Assembly: GCA_963575745.1 (NCBI GenBank)
Contig: CAUYUJ010000166.1
Location: 62,001 to 117,311, forward strand
Length of the DNA stretch: 55,311 nucleotides
Reading direction: 5' to 3'
From: Prorocentrum cordatum
Lineage: Eukaryota
The notes beneath the pieces were generated by a model. That model was not told where the DNA came from. It saw only the letters and a list, made by a program, of their open reading frames with translations, and ran no database searches. Numbering within the stretch: the first letter of the stretch is position 1; each line of letters begins with the position of its first letter. Positions 11,170 to 23,450 of this stretch are shown here, piece after piece. The translations under genes and the position numbers were made by a program.

Positions 11170-13110
11170 CTGGGGCCAACAAGGCCCCAAGAGGCTACAG
11201 GGAGTCCCCAGGAGGCCGCAGCGATGGCTCCAGACGCCTTGCAAGACGGCTCCCATGACGCCAAGAAGGCCCCCGGAGGCCCCGAATACGCCCCAAGAGG
11301 CACCATGAGAGAGGCCCAATAAGCACAAATCGTTGATTTCCGATGGGAAAACTGATCGCCTTTTGGGCGTCCACTGCGTCCAAGACGGCCCAAGAGGCCC
11401 CCAAGAGGGCTCCAAGACGATCCCAAGAGGGTCTTAAGACGGCCCGAGAAGACCCCAAGACAGCCCAAGAGAGCCCCAGGACGAGCCCCAGAGGGGCCCC
11501 AGAGGTTTATAACCATATTCAAATTCGGAGTTTCCGGCGTACCAGGTTCCCAGGAGACCCCAAGAGGTCCCCAGGAGGCGCCAAGAGGCCCACAAGAGGC
11601 ACCCCATAGAGCTCCAAATAAGCAAACATCGTCGATTTCCTATGGGCCAACTGATCTTTTTGGCGTGTTCGCCTTTTGGGCTTCCACTGCGTCCAAGATG
11701 ACCGAATAGGCACCCAAGCTGGTCGAGGATGCCCCCAAGTGGGTTCCAAGACGGCCCACGAGGGGGCCAAGACGGCCCACGAGACGCCTAAACCGCTCAA
11801 CAACGCCCCAAGGCGGCGCTCAAGACGGGGACGAGGAACCGAACATGCTAGCCATTTGGCCCAAGAGGCCCCCAGGAGACCCCAAGAGGCTCCAAGAGGC
11901 GCCCAAGAAGCCTCAAGAGGCCCCCAAGAGACTCGCAAAAACACAAAAAGAGTCCCCGAACACGCCCCAAGTGGCACTCCAATAGAGCCCCAATAAGCCA
12001 AAATCGTCGATTTCCTATGGGAAATTATATGTTTTTGGCGTGTTCGCCTTTTTGTCTTCCACTGCGCCCAAGACGGCCCAAGAGGCCTCCAAGACTGCCC
12101 CGCAGGCTCCCAAGAGGTCTCCAAGACGACCCCATGTGGGGCCCGGCGCGACGGGAGCCCTGCCGGAGCGCCGGGGGCCGTCCGAGATCGCCCGAAGATG
12201 GCTTCGGAACGCTCGAAAACGTGGCTCTGGATGCCTTGCAAGACGGCTCCCATGACGCCAAGAAGGCCCCCGGAGGCCCCGAATACGCCCCAAGAGGCAC
12301 CATGAGAGAGGCCCAATAAGCACAAATCGTTGATTTCCGATGGGAAAACTGATCTTTTTGGCGTGTTCGCCTTTTGGGCTTCCACTGCGTCCAAGACGTC
12401 CGAATAGGCACCCAAGCCGGTCGAGGATGCCCCCAAGTGGGCTCCAAGACGGCCCACGAGGGGGCCAAGACGGCCCACGAGGCGCCCAAGCCGCCCAAGA
12501 ACGCCCCAAGTCGGCGCCCAAGACGGGGACGAGAAACCGAAAATGCAAGCCATTTGGCCCAAGAGGCCCCCAGGAGACCCCAAGAGGCTCCAAGAAACGC
12601 CCAAGAAGCCTCAAGAGGTCTTCCCCAAGAGACTCGCAAAACCACAAAAAGAGGCCCCGAACACACCCCAAGGGGCACACCAATCGCGCCCCAATAAGCC
12701 AAAATCGTCGATTTCCTATGGGCCAACTGATCTTTTTGGCGTGTTCACCTTTTGGGCTTCCACTGCGTCCAAGGCGGCCCAAGAGGCACCCAAGCTGGTC
12801 GAGGATGCCCCCAAGTGGGCTCCAAGACGGCCCACGAGGGGGCCAAGACGGCCTCCGAGGCGCCCAAACCGTCCAAAACGCCCCGAGTCGGCGCCCAAGA
12901 CGGGGACGAGGAACCGAAGATTTGAGCGTTTTGGCCCAAGAGGCCCCCAGGAGACCCCAAGAGGCCCCAAGAGGCGCCCAAGAAGCCCCAAGAAGCCCCA
13001 AGAGGCCCCCAAGAGACCCGAACAAAACACCAAGAGAGGCCCCGAAACAGCCCCCCACTGGGCCCCCCAAAACGGCCCAAGAGAGCCCCAGGGCGCGCCC
13101 AAGAGGGTCG
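11170..13110. repeat. CCAAGA-rich complex satellite with higher-order repeats
   Basis: ATCGTYGATTTCC.ATGGG anchors recur every ~300-380 bp, and a block at ~11233 recurs at ~12232. Related sequence lies at 22100-22715 and 37020-37200. Confidence 0.85.
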
Positions 13111-13292
13111 ACCAGAGAGCTGGTCCGACTTTCCACACTCTACACAGGGTCCGCCCCGGGCGGTGCCTCAAGCAGGTGTTGCCATTGGAGTCCTCATTTG
13201 CCTGAGACAAGCTCCCAGCATTTTTCCGCACAGCTAATCCTGTGTCTGTGACACGGTAGAACCTAAGCGTGCGCGAAGCGCGCGCGTGGTTC

Positions 13293-13324
<32 letters not shown>

Positions 13325-14760
13325 CACACCCACACCCACACACCCACACACCCACACATCCACACACTCACACACCCACACACCCACACACCCATACACC
13401 CACATACCCACACACCCACACACCCACACACCCACACACCCACACACCCACACACCCACACACCCACACACCCTCACACCCACACACCACACCCACACAC
13501 CCCCACACCACACACACACACCCCGCACCCACGCAACCCACGCAGCCACGCACCCACACACCCACACACCCACACACCCACACACCACCACACACACCCA
13601 CACACCCAAACACACAACACACACACCCACACCACACACCACACACAACCCACACACCCACCCACACCACACCACACCACACACCCACACCCAACACCAC
13701 ACACACACCACGCACCCACGCACTCACGCACCACGCCCACGCACCCGCTTACCACGCACCCAAGCACCACGCTTCCACGCCCCCACGCACCCACGCACCC
13801 CACGCACCCAAGCACCCACGCAACCCACGCACCCACGCCACCACACGCCACGCACACACACACCCACACCACACATCACACACCCACACACCACACACAC
13901 CACACACACCACACACCCACAACCCACACACCCCACACACCCACACACCCACACCCCCAACACACACACCCACACACCCACACACCACACACCACCCACC
14001 CACATACCCACACACCACGCACCCACGCAGCCACTCACCCACACACCCACACACCCACACCCCACACACCACACACCCACACACAACACACCCCACACAC
14101 CCACACACACCCACACACCAACGCACCCACGCACTCACGCACCCACGCACCCACGCACGCACCCACGCAACCCACGCACGCACAACGCACCCACGCACCC
14201 ACGCACCCACACACCCACACACCCATACACCCACACACCCACACACCCACATACACACACGCGCACGCACGCGCGCGCACGCGCACACGCGCGCACGCGC
14301 GCACACACACACACACGCACACGCACACGCACACGCACACGCCCACGCACACGCACCCGCACCTGACGCACCTGACGCACCCGACGCACCCGACGCACCC
14401 GACGCACCCGACGCACCCGACGCACCCGACGCACCCGACGCACCCGACGCACCACACGCACCACACGCACCACACGCACCACACGCACCACACGCACCAC
14501 ACGTACCACACGCACACGGACCATACGCACCACACGCACCGCACGCACCACACGCACCACACGCACCACACGCACCACACGCACCACACGCACCACACGC
14601 ACCACACGCACCACACGCAACACACGCAACACACGCACCACACGCACCACACGCACCACACGCACCACACGCAACACACGCAACACACGCACCACACACC
14701 ACACACACCACACACACCACACACACCACACACAACGCACACAACACACCCACAACACAC
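13293..14760. repeat. CA-rich compound microsatellite (CACACCCA, GCACCCGAC, GCACCACAC)
   Basis: Low-complexity sequence almost devoid of T. Confidence 0.95.
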
Positions 14761-15657
14761 TTTTTGATTCGCGGGTCGAGAGCGCGCCTCTTCTGGTCGA
14801 AGCTAAGCGGGCCGCGGGAAGCTTGAATTAACAAAGAGGGGGAGGAGGGAATGAGCGCAGCCTCAGGGCAAGGCCGGGAGGAGGCAAAGCCTCGGGATCA
14901 GGCGGTGCCGAAATCGGCGTGCTTGCAAAGATGCGCGTTGTCCAGGAACCCGGTGGCGAAGTACCGGCACAAGCAAAATGCTGTGGTTGGTGTTGCCGTC
15001 CACGGCTCATCATATACACCAGCCTCGAGTTGGCGGCGGGAGGTGACGCGCCTTGCACCCAAGCGGCGTCAGAGACCAGGGAGGGCGGATATCACCGGTG
15101 AGCCGAAGTGCAACGTTGTGCCATCGAACAGGTAGCAGGAGCGAGTGGCCCAGGCCGTGGTCGTCCAGGGTGCCACGGGTCCAGGGTACGGGAGCCGCAG
15201 TGACTGACGCGCGGTAGCCAGGATATGCCATGATCAAGCCGCCTGTGACGACCGACAGGGTGCCGGTGTATTGGAGAAGGAGGTGGAACGAGTCTTGCCC
15301 TGCAGGGGCGAGCGCGCGGGGCCGGGCCGAAGCCGCGCTGAGCCAGGGCGCTGCCGTTGTCCGCGGAGCCCAGGGCTGGACCGGGGACGCGTTGCGCCCA
15401 GGACCGCGGGGCTGCCGAGGCGGCAAGGTGAAACAGGATTATCGCGAGCAAGCGCCGGGCACCAGGCCGAAGCCGCGCTGCGCCGGGCGCGGCCGCCATG
15501 CGGGAGGGGGGGGAGCGGGCGGGGAAACGGGAAAGCGGGCAGGGAGGAGAAAGGCCAGCCAGGCAGGCCAGCCAGCGCCGGGGCAACCCCGCGTCGGCAA
15601 CCGGGCGGCCCCGTCAGCCACCGGAGGCAGGTGGAACCTGCGGAATCAGGGGGGACT

Positions 15658-16312
15658 GAACGTCCCATTATCAGGTATAAAGGAGGGGGGGAAGGGGGAG
15701 ACGGGGCCAGGCGTTGCAGAAGGTGCCGAACAGGTCGCACCCGAAAAAAAAGATCGCCAGGAGGCCTTGCCAGGGACAGGAGGGGCGGTCAGGGCAAGGC
15801 GCCCGAGGCCGCGAGATCAGCTAGGAGCGTTCGGGACAAGTCAGCGCATAGGGCGCTGCATTCCGTTCCGGTTGTCCGTGGACCCGGAGCTGAGTGATGG
15901 GCCGTCCCCGCGCGCCTCGTCTTTGGCCACCTCCTGGCTTCGCCGGATCTCTTGATACAAGGCGTTTTCGTGGTATACTGCGGGATCGGGGGGGAGTAAC
16001 CGTTCCATTAACAGGTGTGAAGGAGGAAGGTGGGAGGGGGAGACAGGGCCAGGCGTTGTAGAAGGTGACGAACAGGTCGTACCCGAAGAAGAGCGCCAAG
16101 AGGCCTTGCCAGGGACAGGAGGGGCGGTTAGGGCGGGCACCCTAGGCGGCGAGATCAGTTAGGAGCGTTCGGGGCAAGTCAGCGCCTGGGGCGCTGCATT
16201 CTGGTCCAGTTGTCTGTGGGCCGGTAGCTGCGTAATGGGCCGTCCCCGCGCGCCTCGTCTTTGGCCACCTCCCGCTTCCGTTGGATCTCCCGATGCAAGG
16301 CGTTTTCGCGGT
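15658..16312. repeat. Diverged tandem duplication (~340-bp period) of the ORF 3' end and downstream sequence
   Basis: 15658-15972 and 15998-16312 align (GGGCCAGGCGTTG.AGAAGGTG..GAACAGGTCG; GGCCTTGCCAGGGACAGGAGGGGCGGT; ATGGGCCGTCCCCGCGCGCCTCGTCTTTGGCCACCTCC). Confidence 0.9.
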
Positions 16313-19300
16313 CCCAGTCGATGTAGACGCCCGCGTTCCGGGACAAGGTACCCACGTCGTAGCGGCTGCGTGCCATTTCGTCCAGGAAGCGAACGATCAT
16401 GTCGGGCTTCCAGCAGGACGGGTCGATATTGACTGCGTCCCTGGTCTTGCCCTTGTTTTGGCCCACGTGCCTGCGCCAGGAGTGCCAGGCTGCGGCGAAG
16501 CAGAAGCCTCCCTCGGCCTTCAGCCTTTTTCAAGTGGGTGGTCGCCGTCTCGTCCCGGCGCCTCGGCCAGCTGACGCGGCGCTGTTCCTAGGGGCGGCTG
16601 TGGTCAGGGTGACGGCGCTCATTTTTGTTTTGTTCAGGGTGGCGGCGATCGTCGTATCGGTGCGAGGAGCCCCAGCCTCCGCTCCTGTCGCGATCGCGGT
16701 CTCGGTCGCGGTCGCGCTCTCTAGCGCGCTCCCTGTCGCTGGTGTCCCTGGGCGGGCGCCGTCCTGCCGTGCTCTCGTACCGGTCCCAGAGACCCGGCTC
16801 ACCTCCCCTGCCGCGCCCGCGACCGTACTCGAGCGGAGGGCGGGGGTCGGGTGCGGTGCGCCCGGCCCCAGTGGTCACAGTCCGGTGGGGTGTGCGCGGG
16901 GCGCGGGTGTCAGCGTCGGCCACTGCTGGTGTGGCCTGTGCCGTAGTCCCGTCGGCCTGGCGGGCCTGGCGCTGCGTGCCGATGCCGCGTTCAGGGTGCG
17001 CCGAACCTCTCGGGGGCTCGTGCCGATGTGGACCTGCCGATGGGCTCCAGGGTCTGTGGGGGGGGGGTGAGACTGAGTGGACTGCGCCTGCAGCCTCTGC
17101 CAGCCTCTGAGCCTGTTCCTCCTCCTGCTCTTCGGAGCTGTAGTCAGGGATCGCCTCTTGGCGTGGTCGCCCGGCGTTGGCTCGTGCGCGGGGTCCCGTG
17201 CGACCGCCCGTGGAGCGCGGGAGTGGGGCCTGAGCCCCTTCCGCGGGCGCCGCTTCGACTGTTTCAGGGTCGGCGCCGAGCCAGGAGTTGGCAGGGACCG
17301 CTGCCGCCTGCGGTGCTTGCGCCGTGTCGGGGGCCCCCTCCAGGAAGTCGGCCGCGCGGCCCGCCGCGCTGCCGCGAAGGATGTCGGCGCATAGCGTCTT
17401 GGTCCCAGCGCCCCAGATCTCAAGCCATTCGTCGCCTATTTGGACGACCAGGAAGCGGTGCACGCCCTCCGTGCGGAACTGGGCGTCGCAGATCGGGCCG
17501 AATACCGCTCCGTCCAGGGGCTGCGGGAACAGGGGATCGGTGCTTTGCACTGCTGCAAACCACCCGGCCCGGGCGTCGGTGATGTCGTTCCGGATGACCG
17601 CGTAGTCGCCGTTCTCGATGTCTGGGTTGTCGGTCGTGATCTGGCGGGTGGGGGCCCAGAGGGGTGTGTCCGGGGCTCGTCCTTGGCGTCGGTCGCGGTC
17701 GCGCTGCGCGCGCCCCAGGGAGGACCCGGGGGTTGCGACCGCGGCTGGCGGGGCCCCGGGGGACTTGGTCGCCGCGGGGCGCGCCCTCGGTGGGTGTGAG
17801 GCCAGCTCGCTGTCAGTCGGCGTGGGCGGTGGCGTTTCCGCCGCTGTCCGTGGGGCGGCTGCGGGGTCCTCGTGCTGTTCAGGAGCGCGCGGCGCAGGCA
17901 GGGTCCTGGGCTGGTAGTAGGTGAGCAGCCCCTTGCCCGCGGCTCTGACGTCGGCGGCTGCAACGACTGCCTCCAGCACCGGTCGCGGGTAGGCCAGGGG
18001 CGAGCGGCCGAAATTCACGCGGTTGGCGCGGATGTGGGCGCGCGCCGAGATCGCCGCCGCCATTCACTGCATCCGTCGTCAGGAAGCTCACCAGGTGCAC
18101 AAGGGCGGCGCGGTCGTCGCCCCATTGTCCCCGCGGGAAGAAGGTGTCAGGGACGGACTCCCCGTAGACCAGGTTCAGGAACTTGTTGCAGGCCTCGGCG
18201 TCCCAGCCGCTCGGGTCCAGGCTCAGGCTCTGTGCCAGGCGGCGCCCCGTCTCGGAGGCCCTCTGCGCGGCCCAGTTGGTCCACCCCTGGTGGTGCTGAA
18301 CGGCCAGGGTGATGTAGTGCCGTATGACTTCGCGCTGCAGGCGGCCCGGGGCGACCGTGTCGCGTCTGGAAGCGAGCCCCGTGATGGAGGGGTTCGCCAG
18401 CTCGGGGCCGTTCGGCGGGCCCGCGGCCGGGAGCTCCAGGCTTTGGACGCGGGCCCTGGCGTCTCCAGGGTCGGCAGCGGCCTGCCTCGCAACGGGCTCG
18501 CGGAGCCGGCTGGGGACAGGGCGCAGGCTGGGGGCCACCGCGTCCCGTGCCAGGTAAGGGCAGGCCTCCACCGCCTTCTGGCCCAGCTGCACGACGTAGG
18601 CTAGTAGCTGCTGTCGGTGCGCCAGGGGCGGGTAGCGCTGGGTGAGGGTGTGGTCGGCGCAGTACTGCTCCCAGCTGTCCCCCATGCCGCCGTGGGCGAC
18701 CAGCCGCGCCGCCACGTGCCCCCGGAAGTACTGCTACGCGTCGAATGTCCAGTGTGGCCAATCAGGCAGGGTGTCGTCGGGGATGGCGCCCTGGGGCCAG
18801 ATCGCGCGCGGGGCCTTTCGCAAGCTGTTGTCGGAGAGCAGCTGCGGGCTGTATACCGTGGCGTGTTCGCCGTCGTCGTCCAGGATGGTGTCGACCAGGT
18901 GCCTGTAGTGCTGATCCACCTCGAAGCCCAGGTGCCTCAGGTACCACGCGTGCATGCGCAGGTCGTCTGGCCCGAGGTCGTCCACTCGGTTGGCGGGCCG
19001 AGCGGGCGCGTTGGGCCGAGCCCGTACAGATATCTGGGGAGCCCACTGGCGGAGGGCCGTACGGGGGCTGTTGGATTGATCGGCGGGCGTCAGGCGCCGG
19101 TCCTTGTTGGGCCTTGGGCTGCAAGTGGGGTCAGGAGTGCGGGCGTTGCGCCCGTCTGGAACGGGGCCGCCGTGCTGCTGGGGCCCGCTGCCAGCCGCGG
19201 GCTGCGGAGCTTGCTGTGCTGCCGCGCTGGCAGCCGTGTCTGCAGGCTTGGCCTCGCCGCTGCCTGCTCCTCCGGCGTGCTGGCCTCTCATCTGCGCCAC

Positions 19301-20115
19301 GACCCGTGCGTGCGTCGCCCTGGCCTCCATCCTTCGCGTCCAGGAGCGTCGGGGTCGCTCGTCGGTCTTCTGGGGCGGCGGGGCTTCCCGAAGGCGCTCC
19401 TGGTTGGCGCGCGCCTCCTGATCCCGCGCGGCAGCTCGTCGTTGCGCGTCCTGCTGGCTGGGGCGCAGTGCGGCCCCCGTAGGGGCGGCAGGGATTCCGG
19501 GCAGCGCGGCGAGGGGCCTGGCCCCAGGACCAAGGTATGCAGCAGGGCCGTATTTACCGAGCACGCGTCGCGCCGCAGACGGGGCCATGTCCCACTGGTG
19601 GATCAGGCAGTCCTCGCAGTACCAGCCTGCGTGCCAGCGCCTGGACAGGAACATCTCCTTCATGGGCTGGACCAGTGGAGGCCCATGCACCAGGGATAGG
19701 GCAGCGCGGAGGCCTTCAGGGTCTGCGGCGTGGCCGTGCATGCGGGGGATGGGCTGTCGAGGCTGCGACCTGTGCCCTTCTGTGCCAGGCGGGCAGCCGT
19801 CGCGCCGCCAAATGCCGACGTTGCTCTCGTGGAACATGGGGGCGAGGCGGTCGTCCGTGTTGCTGGCTGGTAGCGTGGCACCTACATTGAGCGGATTCAT
19901 GTCGCCGTCCAGTGGGGCCAGGAGCTGCTCGAGGGACGTGTCGCATGTGGGTGTCGGCGTTAGGCAGCGTCCAGGCAGGGCTCGCGTGGTGCGCACCGGC
20001 ATGTCGTCAGGTCGGTCGTTCATCCAATCCTTGAAGTTCACCCCGTCTGGGATGGGTTGGCGTTCATGGGTGGCCTCCGTGGTCCAGCAGCAAATGCGCA
20101 GCCGGGTGAGGTACG
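16179..20115 (-). pseudogene. Decayed intronless ~1,300-codon ORF of unknown function, probably retroelement-derived
   Basis: ORFs 18734..20275 and 17879..18715 share a frame across one TAG. A frameshift near 18065 leads into 16588..18063, another TAG follows at 16588, and a frameshift near 16530 leads into 16179..16466. Protein-like segments include WYCEDCLIHQW, HAWYLRHLGFEVD and WKPDMIVRFLDEM. Confidence 0.55.
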
Positions 20116-20119
20116 CGCG

Positions 20120-21454
20120 CAGCGCACAACACACACAACACACAACACGCACAACACATACAACACACACATCACACAACACACACAACACACGCAGCAC
20201 ACAACACACACAACACACACCACAGACACCACACACACCACACACCACACACACAACACACAGCACGCACAACACACATCACACACAACACACAGCACAC
20301 AACACACACAACACACAACACACACCACACACAACATACGCAACACACACACACACCACACACAACACACATAACACACTACACACAACACGCAACACTC
20401 AGCACACACAAGCACACACAACCACGCACAACACACAACACACACACAACACACACATCACACACAACACACACCACACACCACACACCACACACACAAC
20501 ACACAACACACAACACACACAACACACAACGCACACAAACGCACACAAACACACAAACACACAAACACACACAAACACGCACAAACACACACAAGCACAC
20601 ACAAACACACACGCACACGCACACAAACACGCACAAGCACGCACAAGCACGCAAAAGCACCCACAGGCACAATCACGCGCGCACGCGCACGCGCACGCGC
20701 ACGCGCACGCGCACGCGCACGCGCACGCGCACGCACATTCGCACGCGCACGCGCACGCGCACGCGCACGCGCACGCGCACGCGCACGCGCACGGCACGCG
20801 CACGCGCACACGCACGCGCACACGCGCACACACGCACACACGCACGCGCGCACACACGCACACACGCACGCACGCACGCACACGCACACGCACACGCAAA
20901 TGCACACGCACACGCACACGCACACGCACACGCACACGCACACGCACACGCACACGCGCACGCGCACGCGCACGCACGCGCACACGCACACGCACACGCA
21001 CACGCACACGCACACGCACAAGCACACGCACACGCACACCACGCACACGCACACGCACACGCACACGCACACGCACACGCACACGCACACGCGCACGCGC
21101 ACGCGCACGCGCACGCGCACGCGCACGCACGCACGCACGCACACGCACACGCACACGCACACGCGCACGCACACGCACGCGCACGCACACGCACACGCAC
21201 ACGCACACGCGCACGCGCACGCGCACGCGCACGCGCACGCACACGCACATTCGCACGCGCACGCACGCACGCGCACGCGCACGCGCACGTGCACGCGCAC
21301 GCGCACGCGCACGCGCACGCGCACGCGCACGCGCACGCGCACGCGCACGCGCACGCAGACGCGCACGCGCACGCGCACGCGCACGCGCACGCGCACGCAG
21401 CACGCAGACGCAGACGCAGACGCAGACGCGCGACGACGCAGGCGCAGACGCAGG

Positions 21455-21508
<54 letters not shown>

Positions 21509-21530
21509 GACGCAGACGCAGACGCAGACG

Positions 21531-21568
<38 letters not shown>

Positions 21569-21636
21569 ACGCAGACGCAGACGCAGACGCCGACGCCGAC
21601 GCCGACGCGACGCCGACGCCGACGACGCGAGACGCA

Positions 21637-21726
<90 letters not shown>

Positions 21727-21861
21727 ACAGACACAGACACAGACACAGACACAGACACAGACACAGACACAGACACAGACACAGACACAGACACAGACAC
21801 AGACGCAGACGCAGACGCAGATGCAGACGCAGACGCAGACGCAGACACAGACACAGACACA

Positions 21862-21902
<41 letters not shown>

Positions 21903-21920
21903 AGACACAGACACTGACAC

Positions 21921-21994
<74 letters not shown>

Positions 21995-21995
21995 G
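20120..21995. repeat. Compound microsatellite (CAACA, CACGCG, CAGACG, CAGACA, CATACA)
   Basis: Successive hexamer-type arrays. Confidence 0.95.
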
Positions 21996-22099
21996 CGTGT
22001 ATGAATAATTATCGCCCCCCCCCCCTCCCCGGGTCCCACACCTCCCTGCCACATCTCGGGGACGCTCCCGGTACCGCTCCCCCAGCTTTTCTGGGGAGC

Positions 22100-22715
22100 C
22101 TCCACAGCACTCCAGGGGGGCCCAAGACGCCCCCGAGGAGCCCCCAGAATGCGAAAGGATGGCCCAAGACGCTCCCAAGCAGCCCAAGTCAGCCTTCCGA
22201 CAGGTGACCTTCAAGAGACCGTAAGAGAGGTTTGATAGGTGTTCCGGGACGCCCCAAAGATGCCAAATTCGTAGATGTTCGTTGGTTTTTTCAATGTTTT
22301 TGGCTTCTCGCGTTTTCGAGCTTCCAATGGTCCAAGAGCGTCGAAGAGCCTCCCAAGACCGGCCCAAGACCACCCAAGAGAGCCTCAGGACGGCCCCGAG
22401 CCTGGCCAAGAAGGCTCCAAGACTGCCGAAGAGGCGCCCAGGACAGCCCCAGACCACCCCAGAACAGGCCCAAGACGGGCCCAAGAGGGGGAGCAGGAGG
22501 GATTAAGAAACCTCCGAGAGGCCTCCAGGACCCCCCAGAGGCCCCCAGCACACCCCCGATCCCTGAGAGGCCCCAAAAAGACCCCGACGAGGCTCCAAGA
22601 ACAGCCCAAGAGAGCTGCGAGAGCCGTCCCGAGAGAGCCCAAAGAGGGTAAAATCATTGATTTCCGAAGTTTTTTCTAATGTTTCCGCCTTCTCACGTTT
22701 GCCTGCTTCCAACTG
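22100..22715. repeat. CCAAGA-rich satellite-like repeat, ending abruptly at TTAA (22716-22719)
   Basis: Same motif family as 11170-13110. Confidence 0.75.
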
Positions 22716-23424
22716 TTAAGGCTCTGGTGAGGGCCCAAGCGAGGTTTTTAGCTCAGGGAGTGGTTTTCAAAAACGGCCGACCTGGGACGAAAAACTTAAA
22801 CATTTTTCAAGATTTCAGGAAGTCATGGGCCTTCGGGAATATCTAGGTACGTCTCCAATGCGTTCTAAGCAAAAGCACGTTCGCATCAGCACGTTCGTCG
22901 CCACGTCCATCTTTACATGCGTCACGTTATCATACATCACATCGGTCACATACTCTGCAACCCACGTTAAGATCAACAACGGCGGTGATCAAGTAGGGCG
23001 GTCCGCACTGCCGCAGTCCATTTCGGCGCACCAATCACATGGCATGCAGCCACATGGGGAGGTTCACCGAAGATTATGCTAGAAACGCCCATATGGCGCT
23101 GCCCGACGTAAGCCACCGCGTTAGTTTCGACGCGCTACTTACGTCACTCGTTGCCCCGTGGGGAGTTCCGCCGCAGGCCCCAATAACGAGGTCCATCGAC
23201 TTCCCCCCAAGGCCCCTTGCGCCACCATTTCGGCACGCCCGTCAACGCAATGTGGCGAGTAGGCGTGCTCCCACGGTTGGAAAGAAGGGGTGCGAGTCCC
23301 TCCAAGAGGAGGCGTACATTCTCTTGGACGTCGTCGTCCAAGAGAATGTACGCCATTGGGGCGTCTGGTCAGCAATGGGGTTTGTTCCTCATTTACCACG
23401 ATGCATTGTGTGGATTGTGAGTAT

Positions 23425-23448
23425 GCCGTTGATTTTTTTTGGCTCGAG
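23425..23448 (+). promoter_or_regulatory. Relict DinoSL-like sequence
   Basis: GCCGTTGATTTTTTTTGGCTCGAG vs DinoSL DCCGTAGCCATTTTGGCTCAAG; ends 2 nt before the ATG at 23451. Confidence 0.6.
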
Positions 23449-23450
23449 CA

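Noticed and set aside
10804..13251. Pro/Arg/Gln-rich ORFs
   Set aside because: They arise from the GAG run and the CCAAGA satellite, with no domain-like sequence.
12716..14834. His/Thr- or Cys/Val-rich ORFs
   Set aside because: Artefacts of CA-rich microsatellite; the same applies to 20038-22484, 39625-40008 and 50798-51328.
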